Positions 1 through 9,287 of a stretch of DNA of 64,000 nt are shown piece by piece. The translations under genes and the position numbers were made by a program. Each line of letters begins with the position of its first letter. The stretch's first letter is position 1. The DNA is taken from positions 1-64,000 of the forward strand of contig CAWJQC010000009.1 of NCBI GenBank assembly GCA_963844965.1. Reading direction: 5' to 3'. Source of the DNA: an uncultured bacterium. Its GTDB lineage: Bacteria > Patescibacteriota > Minisyncoccia > UBA6257 > 2-01-FULL-56-20. The notes under the pieces were generated by a model. It was given only the letters and a program-made list of their open reading frames with translations. It searched no databases and was not told the DNA's origin.

Positions 1-14
1 GCCGTTTTTTTTCG

Positions 15-806
15 TTAAGCCGCAATCTTCTCGGCAAACACGGACGGCGGCATCTTGAGGGCGGAGTGGATCCGCGTGTGGTTGTACTGCCACAAGGTGC
101 TGTCGGTTGCTTCCGCCACGAGCTCGCCGAAGGTCCCGAACCGGTTGGGATCACCGAGGTCAATCTTGAACTTGTCATCGAACAATTCCTGGTAGCCGTT
201 TTCCCATCGGGCACCGGGCCGCGACCGCAAGATAGTGATGCCACAGTCCCCCAGTGTATCGGTGAACGCTCGTGCCTTGTACTCGCTGCCGTTGTCCGAA
301 TGGAAGATGACCGGATGCGGATGGTGGAAAAGCGCGTTGGCCAGGGTCTGTATCGTGAGGGGCGATCCTTTCCGCAACGCCACATGGACGCCCATCAATC
401 GTCTCGTGAAAAGATCGAGTATCGTGGACACGTACACTTTCTTGCCGCGATACAGGAACTCCGTGAAATCGGTTGCCCAGACGTGGTTCGCGTACGAGGG
501 CATGATGGCAAGTAAGAGGTTCGGAAAGGCCCGCGATGCCTTTGATTTCCGGTATTTCCTGCCTAGCCTCCGGTACGGCCTTATGCCGAAAATTCGCATG
601 ACGCGCTGCGCTCGCGGACGGCTCACGCCCAGAGCTTGTCCCAAGCGCCGGGAACCGTATGCCGGATGGCGCTGCAATTCTTCTTCCATGCGGATCTTGA
701 GCGCCCAATCTTTCTTGTCCTGCCGTGATACGTAGTAGAGCGATGCCCGCGAGACGCCCATGGCCCGCGCCATGGCGGACTTGTTCCGCTTTTCCGTCAA
801 TTCTTT
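15..806 (-). CDS. IS3 family transposase OrfB (DDE integrase core), expressed as OrfAB by programmed -1 frameshift
   Basis: rve-domain motifs HSDNGSEYKARAF...RPGARWENGYQELFDDKFK. The frame is open upstream through the A7G site. Stop at 15-17. Confidence 0.75.
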   Translation of the reverse strand, partial: KELTEKRNKSAMARAMGVSRASLYYVSRQDKKDWALKIRMEEELQRHPAYGSRRLGQALGVSRPRAQRVMRIFGIRPYRRLGRKYRKSKASRAFPNLLLAIMPSYANHVWATDFTEFLYRGKKVYVSTILDLFTRRLMGVHVALRKGSPLTIQTLANALFHHPHPVIFHSDNGSEYKARAFTDTLGDCGITILRSRPGARWENGYQELFDDKFKIDLGDPNRFGTFGELVAEATDSTLWQYNHTRIHSALKMPPSVFAEKIAA

Positions 807-1060
807 TTTTGGGCCTGGGAAAGCTTCACGGTAAGCTCGCCCACCACTTCGAACAGCTCCCTGTTCTGCTTCTGGAGACGGCTGAACTCGCCCCAGGAAG
901 GGACGCCCGATGCTCCTGCGCCTAGCCAATTGTAGATGGTGGACTCGTGCAAACCGTGGTCCTTCGCGGCCTGCACTACGGGGACTCCTTCTTCCTTCAC
1001 CCGGCGGAGGATGTCCGCCTTCACTTCCTTCGCAATCCGATGCCCTTTTTTGTTGCTCAT
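797..1060 (-). CDS. IS3 family transposase OrfA (HTH DNA-binding part)
   Basis: 87 aa, MSNKKGHRIAKEVKADILRRVKEEG...; ends KLSQAQKKN* overlapping the A7G slippery site; typical IS3 orfA. Confidence 0.8.
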   Translation of the reverse strand: MSNKKGHRIAKEVKADILRRVKEEGVPVVQAAKDHGLHESTIYNWLGAGASGVPSWGEFSRLQKQNRELFEVVGELTVKLSQAQKKN

Positions 1061-1173
1061 GACACAATGGTAGTTTGTTTCGACCTTTGTGTCTAAATTA
1101 TCCTATCCGGGTCAGGAGCAAGAATCGCTCTTGGCATTTTTATCTTTATCAAAGAAGGGAAGGAGGAAGCACG

Positions 1174-2757
1174 ATGACTTATAAAGATTATGGCGAGAGG
1201 ATGGTAAGGAACATCGCGTTTGCCGTCAAAAATGAAGGACTCGGCGAATTTCCGAAACAATACGGGCAGTTCATGAAGCTCAGCCAGTGGACGAGGAAAC
1301 TTATCGGCAGAAATTTGCCGCTGGTCTTGTCCGACAACTACGAGCATTTCATGGCCTGCTTGCCTCATCTGGATTATGCGGCTCAGCATGCGCTTATCCG
1401 TAAGCAGATTGGCGGCTTCACGACTGTCGCGGGTTTTTGGAAGTGGCTTGAATTTTTAAGCCACAAGGTCACCGAAGCCGAAGTGGAATTGGTCGCTGAT
1501 TTTTTCTCGGGAAAACACAATGGCTATCCGCGCCAATTCAACCGCGATTACTGGATGCATGTTGTGAAAGAGTTTGGCGGTTACCTGCCCCTGCGTATCG
1601 AGTGCATCGGCGATGGCGGGACCTTTACCGGAGTGCCTTTCCCTGTGGCGCAAGTATACGGCGAAACACCCGCGGTGTGGGTTAATGAACCGATGTACGT
1701 TCAGATCGGCCACTTATCCCATGTCGCGACGATTGCCGGGCAGTTCGCGGAAATCCTCGGCGACCCGTTCCGGTTCATTGAGGTTATGTTTCGCGCGCTT
1801 CATAACAGCGACGAATCGGATGATGTTCTGCTCGCCATGCTTATCGGCGGGGGAATCATTTCCACCTCCAACGATCTCGGTGCATTCGTGAACGGTGCTC
1901 CGTTCAAATGCGCCGGAACCACGGGGCACTGCTGGTATCAACAGTACGGCACGCTCAAAGACGCTCTGCGGGACCTGCTTTCAAGCCCGCTCGGTCCTTA
2001 TGCAACCGTATTGCTTGATGTCTATGACCATAAGCACGGGTTTAATGAGCTCATGGAACTCATTCGTGAGGGATTGCCCGCGCCTTTCGCCGACCGTCCT
2101 GACAGCGGTGATACGCTGGAGCTCGGCATGCACGATCTCATGGTCCTGCAGGACGAAGGAAAAGAGATAAATGTTGTATTTGAAGACGGAAAGAAACCGA
2201 AAGACGCGCTCATCGCCGAAAACCACAGGCGGCAGCTGGGTCTAGATAAGAAGCGGACGCTCTACGGAGCAGGAGGCGCGTTCCTGGGGCAGCGCAAAGA
2301 CCTCGAAGCGGCCTACAAGGCGTGTTTCTTCCACAACGGCACTCCCGGCCACCGGACAGATATCGTTGAGACGATGAAAATCTGCCTGGACGACCCGATG
2401 AAGCAATCCATTCCGGGACTGGCACAATGTTTCTACGATCCCGAGAAAGGATTCTACACGGTCGGGTCTGCCGACGAAGCGACGCCGCCCGGTCATCGTA
2501 AGGGATACTTCATTCTCTACGACAATTTGACGGAACCGGGCAATCCCTATTTCAATGCCGACTATGACCCGGACAATCTGGCCAGATGTAGAGCCATAAC
2601 GGATGGCGTTGAGCGCTCAAAGGAAACCCGCCGCCTGCTTGGTCTCTCGTTCACACTGGACGTGGAACCGAATAGAACGCTCATCAACATGACGAAGGCA
2701 GTGCGGGAAAAACGCAGTGCCATTTACAGCCGGGCCCTTTCTTTGGTCGGGAAGTAA
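1174..2757 (+). CDS. nadV: nicotinamide/nicotinate phosphoribosyltransferase family protein (NAMPT-like)
   Basis: 527 aa from ATG 1174, preceded by GGAGGA at about 1161. Contains the RPDSGD motif characteristic of the NAPRTase/NAMPT family and a length typical of NAMPT. The ORF-track start at 1075 has no RBS. Confidence 0.6.
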   Translation: MTYKDYGERMVRNIAFAVKNEGLGEFPKQYGQFMKLSQWTRKLIGRNLPLVLSDNYEHFMACLPHLDYAAQHALIRKQIGGFTTVAGFWKWLEFLSHKVTEAEVELVADFFSGKHNGYPRQFNRDYWMHVVKEFGGYLPLRIECIGDGGTFTGVPFPVAQVYGETPAVWVNEPMYVQIGHLSHVATIAGQFAEILGDPFRFIEVMFRALHNSDESDDVLLAMLIGGGIISTSNDLGAFVNGAPFKCAGTTGHCWYQQYGTLKDALRDLLSSPLGPYATVLLDVYDHKHGFNELMELIREGLPAPFADRPDSGDTLELGMHDLMVLQDEGKEINVVFEDGKKPKDALIAENHRRQLGLDKKRTLYGAGGAFLGQRKDLEAAYKACFFHNGTPGHRTDIVETMKICLDDPMKQSIPGLAQCFYDPEKGFYTVGSADEATPPGHRKGYFILYDNLTEPGNPYFNADYDPDNLARCRAITDGVERSKETRRLLGLSFTLDVEPNRTLINMTKAVREKRSAIYSRALSLVGK

Positions 2758-2763
2758 CAGTTC

Positions 2764-2794
2764 GCGGTGGAGAGAATAAAATCTCTCCACCGCG
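2764..2794 (+). terminator. strong stem-loop downstream of nadV (gcggtggagaga-ataaaat-ctctccaccgc), no clear U-tract
   Basis: 11-bp perfect inverted repeat immediately 3-prime of the nadV stop. Confidence 0.35.
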
Positions 2795-2951
2795 CCCCAC
2801 GCGAGTGATTTATTGCGGAGTAGATCTTTCGCGCGGAGTTCAAAAATTTAAAAAAAGCAGCTTGGCGGCGCATCGGGCAATGACTGAGCAGGAAAAATAA
2901 AACTGCGCGGGCTTATGGCCCGACCTCACTCGAATTCAAACCCAAGATAAC

Positions 2952-3853
2952 CTACGGCGACAAGTTTACGTTCCCGCTGTAATAATCAAACAAGGCCTTG
3001 ATACCGGAGAGATTGCGTTCCCACTCGATTGTGTCGTGAGTTTGAAGTTCTACTGTGATCGCCGGAATGCCGATGGACGCAAGCCACCCTTCGGCGTCGC
3101 CGGTGACTGGGTAGCTGTTGAACGATTTCACAGCCGGGTACGCGGCGGCATGTGCGTATGCGTTCATGATGTCGAGCGTCGTGGGAAGGATGCCGGCATT
3201 GCACTGCGATGCGTACACGGCATTTGCCTGACTGTGCCAGAAGATCGCGGCGGCCGGATGGGTTTGTAGGACGAAATTCCGGATAGCCGCAGTTTCCGGT
3301 TCAGAGAATGGTCCGGACCCCGCGCTCACCGTCTTTCCCTGCCATGTGCCCGTGGACTGCCAGTTGCAGTCAAAGTTCCGGTTAAGATCAACCCCGTGCG
3401 CGTTGAACCGCCCGGCGCCAGGGAAATATTTGTCGGCACGTCGGCGATCGTAAAACGCCCAACTTTCCCGATCACTTTATATACTCCATCGGGATTCACG
3501 GACGGGACTACGGTGACCGAGAGAGTTGCGGGAATGATCTCGGGATGCGCATCAAGATAGTCCACAAACGCATACGCCAGAAGCACGCTGTTCCATTCAT
3601 ATCCGCCGTGCATGCCGCCGACAAAGAGAAGCAGGGTCTTTCCGTTTCCATATGTATATGCGTCAATGGCGCGCTCTTCCACAGAGGTACCGATGACCGT
3701 GTGTTTAGGTCCGGAAGTTTGGGGTTCAACTTGATTTACGGGAGTGGGCGGCGGCGCTTGCTCGCGCCTGCTCGATACCACAAATATGCCCACGCCGAGC
3801 GCGACGAAAACGAGCGCAGCCGCGATAACCCACTTCGTTCCGGAGCGACGCAT
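2952..3853 (-). pseudogene. M14 zinc carboxypeptidase paralog, interrupted by a frameshift (about 3330-3440)
   Basis: N-terminal 175-aa ORF (TM helix, HGGYEW, NPDG) and C-terminal 125-aa ORF (SAGSGPFSEPETAAIRNFV...) are collinear with the intact neighbouring paralog but lie in different frames. Confidence 0.6.
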
Positions 3854-4776
3854 TATTTTCCGTAGTATTGAAGCAGTGCCTCTACGCCAGCCAGATTCTT
3901 ATCCCACTCAACATCGGTATGCGTCGTGAGGAGAACACTGATCGCGGGGATGTTTTGCGCGGCTAACCAATTAACCATATCGCCGGTTAATTTATAGAAA
4001 TCGAAGCTCTTATATGCCGGGTAACCGGATGCGGCCGCGTAGATGGAGGTGATTTTCTTTGTCTCGGCCAAAATCCCATTGTCGCAGCTTGAGGAGAACA
4101 CGCCGCCGGCGGCGCTGTACCAGGCAACAACCGCAACCGGATTGTGCGCGCCTACGTAATCCCGTATGGCCCGGCTTTCCGGCTCGGAGAATGCCGCGCT
4201 TCCTCCGCTCACGGGCGTAGTTTGCCAGACGCCGGTGGCTTGCCAATCGCAATCAAAGTTGCGGCTAAGATCCACATTGTTCGCGTTAAAGCGGCCGGAT
4301 ATCTGGACGGCCGATGACGATGGTACGTCGGACGCCGTGAAACGAGCCGTGGTGCCGACGACTTTATTCAGACCGTCCGGGTTCAGCACCGGAATGACCG
4401 TAACTGTCACGTTCTGGGGAATGGCTTCGGGATGTGCCTTCAAATAATCCATAAGGTCATACGCGACAAGAGCCGTATTCCACTCGTACCCGCCGTGAAT
4501 GTCGCTGATAAAAAGCAGTTCCTTCGCGCCCGAGCCGTAGTGGTATGCGACGATATCGCGTCCTTGGACAGATGTGCCGATGACCGTCTCGCCTCCTGCC
4601 GTGTTTGGGTTCGGCGTACTACTCGCTTGCGTCACGCTCTGCGGCTGACTCGTGGTTGAGGTTGGTGCCTGATTCTGCGTGATGTTCACGGTACCGGGAG
4701 AACTCCGGGTGAAGATGTATATACCGACGCCGACGAGCACAATAACAACAACGAGTGCGATAATTATTTTTTTCAT
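3853..4776 (-). CDS. M14 family zinc carboxypeptidase (gamma-D-glutamyl-diamino-acid peptidase-like), N-terminal TM anchor
   Basis: 307 aa. HGGYEW (HxxE zinc ligand), VLNPDG, and C-terminal TTHTDVEW, typical of M14. N-terminal hydrophobic helix plus S/T/Q-rich linker. Confidence 0.7.
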   Translation of the reverse strand: MKKIIIALVVVIVLVGVGIYIFTRSSPGTVNITQNQAPTSTTSQPQSVTQASSTPNPNTAGGETVIGTSVQGRDIVAYHYGSGAKELLFISDIHGGYEWNTALVAYDLMDYLKAHPEAIPQNVTVTVIPVLNPDGLNKVVGTTARFTASDVPSSSAVQISGRFNANNVDLSRNFDCDWQATGVWQTTPVSGGSAAFSEPESRAIRDYVGAHNPVAVVAWYSAAGGVFSSSCDNGILAETKKITSIYAAASGYPAYKSFDFYKLTGDMVNWLAAQNIPAISVLLTTHTDVEWDKNLAGVEALLQYYGK

Positions 4777-4906
4777 CCCGTTTAGAAGCAGATCGCGGTC
4801 AGGCGATCTGCAAAATTATTTTTTATATACGACGTTTTGTTTATTCTTTTCTAATTGTATATTATGTAACGCGACCGTGGCTTCTAACGGGATTCATAGT
4901 AATCCT

Positions 4907-4937
4907 ATTATACCATAAAGCGGTCAAATTTTCTCAA
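4907..4937 (-). promoter_or_regulatory. sigma70-like promoter for the M14 peptidase gene (TTGAGA ... TATGGTATAAT, extended -10)
   Basis: Reverse strand reads cgcTTGAGAaaatttgaccgcttTATGGTATAATagg, about 130 nt upstream of ATG 4776. Spacer slightly long. Confidence 0.4.
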
Positions 4938-5226
4938 GCGAGGGTTTATCCCTTGGCGCAAAATGTCCCTCGCCGAAGTTGAACGCAAACGAGCGCCTGT
5001 CTGCCGGCGAGGCAGGCGTTCGGCGGCGCATCGGGCCATTCCTACAGTCGTTTCGCGCCGAGGAAGGCCTCAAATGGTCGTTTTACCAGTACGGTTTTTT
5101 TGTTTGCTCTTACGGCCGATTCGTTGTATTATTATAACCGTACTACTTCGCGTTCGCGCGCCCCTCATGCAGGGGATTTTATTTCTGCGTACCGTCGTGT
5201 TCGGCGGCTAAAATAATTTAATTGCT

Positions 5227-7062
5227 ATGGAATTAAGGAATGTTGCTATAATTGCCCACGTTGACCACGGTAAGACCACATTGGTTGATGCCTTATTGAA
5301 GCAGTCTTTGAATTTTAAGCTGAAGGTTGACGCGCCGAGCGAACTCATCATGGACTCTAACGAGCTTGAGCGAGAGCGGGGGATTACTATTTTTTCCAAG
5401 AACGCGGCCGTGAGGTACGGAGACATAAAAATAAATATCGTGGACACGCCTGGCCACGCGGATTTCGGCGGCGAAGTGGAACGCATCATGCGCATGGTGG
5501 ATGGCGTGCTTCTCCTCGTGGACGCGAAAGAAGGGCCGATGCCGCAGACGAAATTCGTTTTGCGGAAGGCGATTCAGGCTGGGCATAAGATAATCGTCGT
5601 CATAAGCAAGATTGATAAGCCGGATGCGAGGCCGGAGTGGACGTTGAATGCGACCTACGAACTTTTCTTTGAGCTCGGAGCGAGCGAATCGCAGATAGAG
5701 TTTCCTGTTGTCTACACCTCTGCCGTCCAGGGAAAAGCCGGCATGACGAAAGATTTAAGCGCGATGAAAAATATAGAACCGGTTTTCCAGACCATAGTCA
5801 AATACATTCCGGCTCCGCTCGTAAACGAGGGAAAACCTCTGCAGATGCTCACGGTAAATCTTGCCTACGACAACTACAAAGGGAAATTGGCCGTCGGCCG
5901 TCTGTACTCGGGGACACTGAAGAAGGGGATGACCGTGGCGCACATCAACCGCGCCGGGAAAATTGAAAAAGCCGGTTTGAGCGCCGTGATGCTTTTTGAC
6001 GGATTGGGCCGCGTGGACGTTCGGGAAGCACCAGCCGGGGATATCGTCGCCGTCGCCGGCATTCCCGACATTACTATCGGCGAAACTATCGCCGACGCGG
6101 AAAATCCGGTCGCCCTGCCGATAATAGAGATAGACGAGCCGACAATAAAAATGACATTCGCCGTGAACACTTCGCCCTTCCGCGGCAGGGAAGGGAAGTT
6201 TACGACTTCAAGAAATCTCAAGGAACGCCTGGAGCACGAACTGGAAACTGACGTCGCTCTTTCCGTGATGCCCACGGAATTTACCGACCACTGGACCGTC
6301 TGTGGCCGCGGCGAACTGCACCTCTCCATCTTGATAGAAAAGATGCGGCGTGAGGGTTATGAACTGGAAGTTTCTAAGCCACAGGTTATTTTGAAAGAAA
6401 AGGACGGGAAGAAACTGGAACCGATGGAACTTACTTCCGTGGAAGTTCCCGAAGCGTATTCCGGCGCGGTGATAAAACTCATGGGAGGGCGGCTCGGCGT
6501 GATGAAGGACATGCGCGTGGATAAGAATATCGTGTTCATGGATTTTGCCATACCGACGCGCGGACTCATCGGCATACGCGACAAGTTTCTCACGGCAACG
6601 AAAGGCACGGGCATCATGAACAGCATTTTTTTGGGATACGAGGGATACAAGGGTGAATTGAGTTCCGTTCAGCACGGTTCTATTGTCGCTACCGAAGGAG
6701 GACTTACGAACAACTACGGACTGGTCACGGCGCAGGGACGCGGCATTTTGTTTTTGGGTCCTGGCGTGCCCGTGTACGAAGGAATGGTTGTCGGGAAAAA
6801 TGCCAAGGCGGGCGATGTTGCGGTGCATGTCTGCCGCCAGCGCCAGCTCACCAATTTCCGCGCCAAGAACGAAGGGCTTGCCGATCAGTTGGAAACGCCG
6901 CTCAATCTTTCACTTGAGGACGCTCTGGACTATATCGGCGACGATGAGCTTGTGGAAATCACGCCCAAGAGCGTGAGAATCCGTAAACTGTCCCTCACCG
7001 AAGTTGAACGTAAACGAGCTCGCTCGGCGGTGAATCGGACCGAGGTTTTGCAAGATAAATAA
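5227..7062 (+). CDS. typA: translational GTPase TypA/BipA
   Basis: 611 aa, N-terminus MELRNVAIIAHVDHGKTTLVDALL (G1 motif), DTPGHADF (G3), length and domain order of BipA. Confidence 0.92.
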   Translation: MELRNVAIIAHVDHGKTTLVDALLKQSLNFKLKVDAPSELIMDSNELERERGITIFSKNAAVRYGDIKINIVDTPGHADFGGEVERIMRMVDGVLLLVDAKEGPMPQTKFVLRKAIQAGHKIIVVISKIDKPDARPEWTLNATYELFFELGASESQIEFPVVYTSAVQGKAGMTKDLSAMKNIEPVFQTIVKYIPAPLVNEGKPLQMLTVNLAYDNYKGKLAVGRLYSGTLKKGMTVAHINRAGKIEKAGLSAVMLFDGLGRVDVREAPAGDIVAVAGIPDITIGETIADAENPVALPIIEIDEPTIKMTFAVNTSPFRGREGKFTTSRNLKERLEHELETDVALSVMPTEFTDHWTVCGRGELHLSILIEKMRREGYELEVSKPQVILKEKDGKKLEPMELTSVEVPEAYSGAVIKLMGGRLGVMKDMRVDKNIVFMDFAIPTRGLIGIRDKFLTATKGTGIMNSIFLGYEGYKGELSSVQHGSIVATEGGLTNNYGLVTAQGRGILFLGPGVPVYEGMVVGKNAKAGDVAVHVCRQRQLTNFRAKNEGLADQLETPLNLSLEDALDYIGDDELVEITPKSVRIRKLSLTEVERKRARSAVNRTEVLQDK

Positions 7063-7183
7063 ATATCACGCCGACCGGGGGTGCGGGGTTTTTGTCTCTT
7101 GGGACGCTGGAGTAAGAGGCTCAAACTGGCTAATTTCGGTCATAATATGACTGTGGATAACTTTCGGTTTACTTTCGGTATTA

Positions 7184-7199
7184 TGGTATAATCAAATCT
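7184..7199 (+). promoter_or_regulatory. extended -10 promoter (TGgTATAAT) ending 7 nt before the ATG: predicted leaderless transcript of the LexA-methyltransferase gene; upstream TTTCGGT repeats (7125-7180)
   Basis: Sequence ggtattaTGgTATAATcaaatctATG. Three TTTCGGT copies and a GTCATaatATGAC palindrome lie just upstream. Confidence 0.45.
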
Positions 7200-8654
7200 A
7201 TGATTACAAAAAGACAAAAACAAATTTTAGATTTGATTACGAGCTATACCAAGAAGCATGGATTTGCTCCTTTATTAGAAGAAGTTAGAAAGCGGTTGCA
7301 CCTACGTTCAATTTCAACGGTTCACCAACATGTTGAAGCTCTCAAAAATAAAGGTTATTTGCTAAAACAAAAAAATCAACGCCGCGGTATAGAGATATCG
7401 AAGTCCGAAAAACTAGTTCAAGTGCCACTTCTCGGCACAATTGCCGCTGGTCAACCGATTGAAGCCATTGAAGATAAAGAAAATATGGTTGTGCCGCGAA
7501 ATAAACTCCCCAGAACTGGTGAAGTATATGCCCTGCGAGTACAAGGCGACAGTATGATTGACGAAAACATTCACGATGGCGACACCATTCTAGTTAAAAA
7601 ACAAAACACCGCCGAAAATGGCGACAAAGTAGTCGCGCTCCTTAATGGGAACGAAGCGACGCTTAAAACTTTTTATAAAGAAAGGGGGCAAATACGACTA
7701 CAACCAGCAAATAAAAATTATCAGCCAGTTATAGTAAAAAACGGGCAACAACTTTCTTTGCAAGGCATCCTATTTGACGTGATCCGAACAAGCGAAGCAG
7801 AACAATCAACTAAATCCTTCGTTTTGTCACCCCGAAAAGATGCCCTGCGACGAGGCAAAATCTCCGACTACCTCAATAAAGTTTACAATGGTGACATAAT
7901 GCACGTTCTAAAAAACTTGCCCGACAACAGCGTTGATATGATATTCGGAGATCCTGATTACAATGTTGGCATAAGATATGGCAGTAATAGTTATACGAGA
8001 GACTTCGATGATTATATAAATTGGTATATAGAACTTACCAAAGAATCAATGCGTGTGTTAAAAAATGACGGCAATATTTTTATGATGAACTACCCGAAGC
8101 AAAATGCACATCTCCGCGTCAAATATTTAGATTTATACTTTCCACACATTAACGAATACGTTTGGGTTTACAATACAAATGTCGGACATACACCAAAAAG
8201 GTTTACAACGGCACATAGAACCATACTCCATGTCAGAAAATGCGCTAATAATAAGTTTTACAAAGACGCCGTCGCACTTCCCTATAAAAATCCAACGGAT
8301 AGAAGAATCCGACAAAATTTAGCGAATGGCTCAAAAGGAAGAATGCCCTATTCTTGGCTTGAGTTTAATCTTGTGAAAAATGTGAGTAGAGAAAAAACTT
8401 ACCATGCCTGCCAAATCCCACAAAAACTAACCGAGATGCTAGTTAAAGCGTCAACCAAACAAGGGGATATAGTGCTAGTTCTCTTCGGTGGCAGTGGTGC
8501 GGAAATAGATGTATGTAGAAATTTAAAACGCCAGTTTATCTCCGCTGAAATAGATAAAAAATACTGCGATATTATAAACAGCCGACTTGCAAACGGCTAC
8601 ATTGATAAGCAATATCGCCTTGGACCACGAGGCAAGAAAATATCTATGGGATAA
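7200..8654 (+). CDS. fusion protein: full LexA-like repressor (HTH + S24 autopeptidase) fused in frame to a beta-class N6-adenine/N4-cytosine DNA methyltransferase
   Basis: N-terminal part: wHTH, IAAGQP (Ala-Gly cleavage site), GDSM (Ser nucleophile), TLKTF (Lys). C-terminal part: motif IV FGDPDYNVG before motif I LVLFGGSGAEID, which is the beta-class order. One continuous 484-aa ORF in about 36% GC DNA. Confidence 0.75.
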   Translation: MITKRQKQILDLITSYTKKHGFAPLLEEVRKRLHLRSISTVHQHVEALKNKGYLLKQKNQRRGIEISKSEKLVQVPLLGTIAAGQPIEAIEDKENMVVPRNKLPRTGEVYALRVQGDSMIDENIHDGDTILVKKQNTAENGDKVVALLNGNEATLKTFYKERGQIRLQPANKNYQPVIVKNGQQLSLQGILFDVIRTSEAEQSTKSFVLSPRKDALRRGKISDYLNKVYNGDIMHVLKNLPDNSVDMIFGDPDYNVGIRYGSNSYTRDFDDYINWYIELTKESMRVLKNDGNIFMMNYPKQNAHLRVKYLDLYFPHINEYVWVYNTNVGHTPKRFTTAHRTILHVRKCANNKFYKDAVALPYKNPTDRRIRQNLANGSKGRMPYSWLEFNLVKNVSREKTYHACQIPQKLTEMLVKASTKQGDIVLVLFGGSGAEIDVCRNLKRQFISAEIDKKYCDIINSRLANGYIDKQYRLGPRGKKISMG

Positions 8655-9282
8655 TCTTTCGCATACTGGCTGCGTCAAAATGATTTTCGCAAACAAGTAT
8701 AAGAGCCGCGTAAAACTTGTCGCGCCCCGCGCCCTTGCTTGTTGGCCCACCATTCCTGTTTTGTAATCTATATGGCATTGTTGAGCCGCATTCTTTCCAA
8801 GATAATTTATAGTTTAGATCCTCTTGCGCCCACATCCATTTCAGCATCTCTAAAAATTGCCGGGAATCAATACCACCGAGCTTTGGCGGTTCTTTATCAA
8901 TAGTATTATTATCATGTAGCCGTACTATCATTTTCCAAAATTTTTTATTTTTCTTTTTGTGAGTTTCAAAATCTTTTAAAAGATTTGCATAGGTAAAGCC
9001 AACCGAGCTTCCTTCATGCCCTTTTTCAAAGGGAACAACCTCAAAATCATAAAGATTTGCCCAAAGAGATGAATTTTTATTCGGCCTTTTTAATGTGCGT
9101 TGTTTTAACTTATAGCCCGGATACCGAATACCGATACGGGGTTTCGCGATAGTACCTTCCACAATAAATAAATGAGAACCAACCGGTGCGGTATGATAAG
9201 GGAGTAATTCCAGTGTTAAGTTTTTAAAAAAATTCAAACCTCCTGAAATATGTAGTTCGTGTATTTTGGTAGATTTAGACAT
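8644..9282 (-). CDS. hypothetical protein convergent with and overlapping the methyltransferase 3-prime end; candidate cognate restriction endonuclease (unverified)
   Basis: 212 aa from ATG 9282 (MSKSTKIHELHISGG...). Same AT-rich islet as the MTase. No recognisable motif beyond a possible D...E.K pattern. Confidence 0.4.
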   Translation of the reverse strand: MSKSTKIHELHISGGLNFFKNLTLELLPYHTAPVGSHLFIVEGTIAKPRIGIRYPGYKLKQRTLKRPNKNSSLWANLYDFEVVPFEKGHEGSSVGFTYANLLKDFETHKKKNKKFWKMIVRLHDNNTIDKEPPKLGGIDSRQFLEMLKWMWAQEDLNYKLSWKECGSTMPYRLQNRNGGPTSKGAGRDKFYAALILVCENHFDAASMRKIIP

Positions 9283-9287
9283 ATTAT

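Larger units (their letters stand above)
1..1135 (-). mobile_element. IS3-family insertion sequence (orfA+orfB; probably continues past window start); GC-rich relative to neighbours
   Basis: Two overlapping ORFs in -1 arrangement. OrfA has an HTH. OrfB has a DDE/rve integrase core (HSDNGSEY...WENGYQE). A slippery A7G heptamer lies at 803-810 on the coding strand, exactly where the OrfA frame ends and the OrfB frame continues (..AQKK/ELTEKRNKS..). Left inverted repeat not delimited. Confidence 0.8.
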
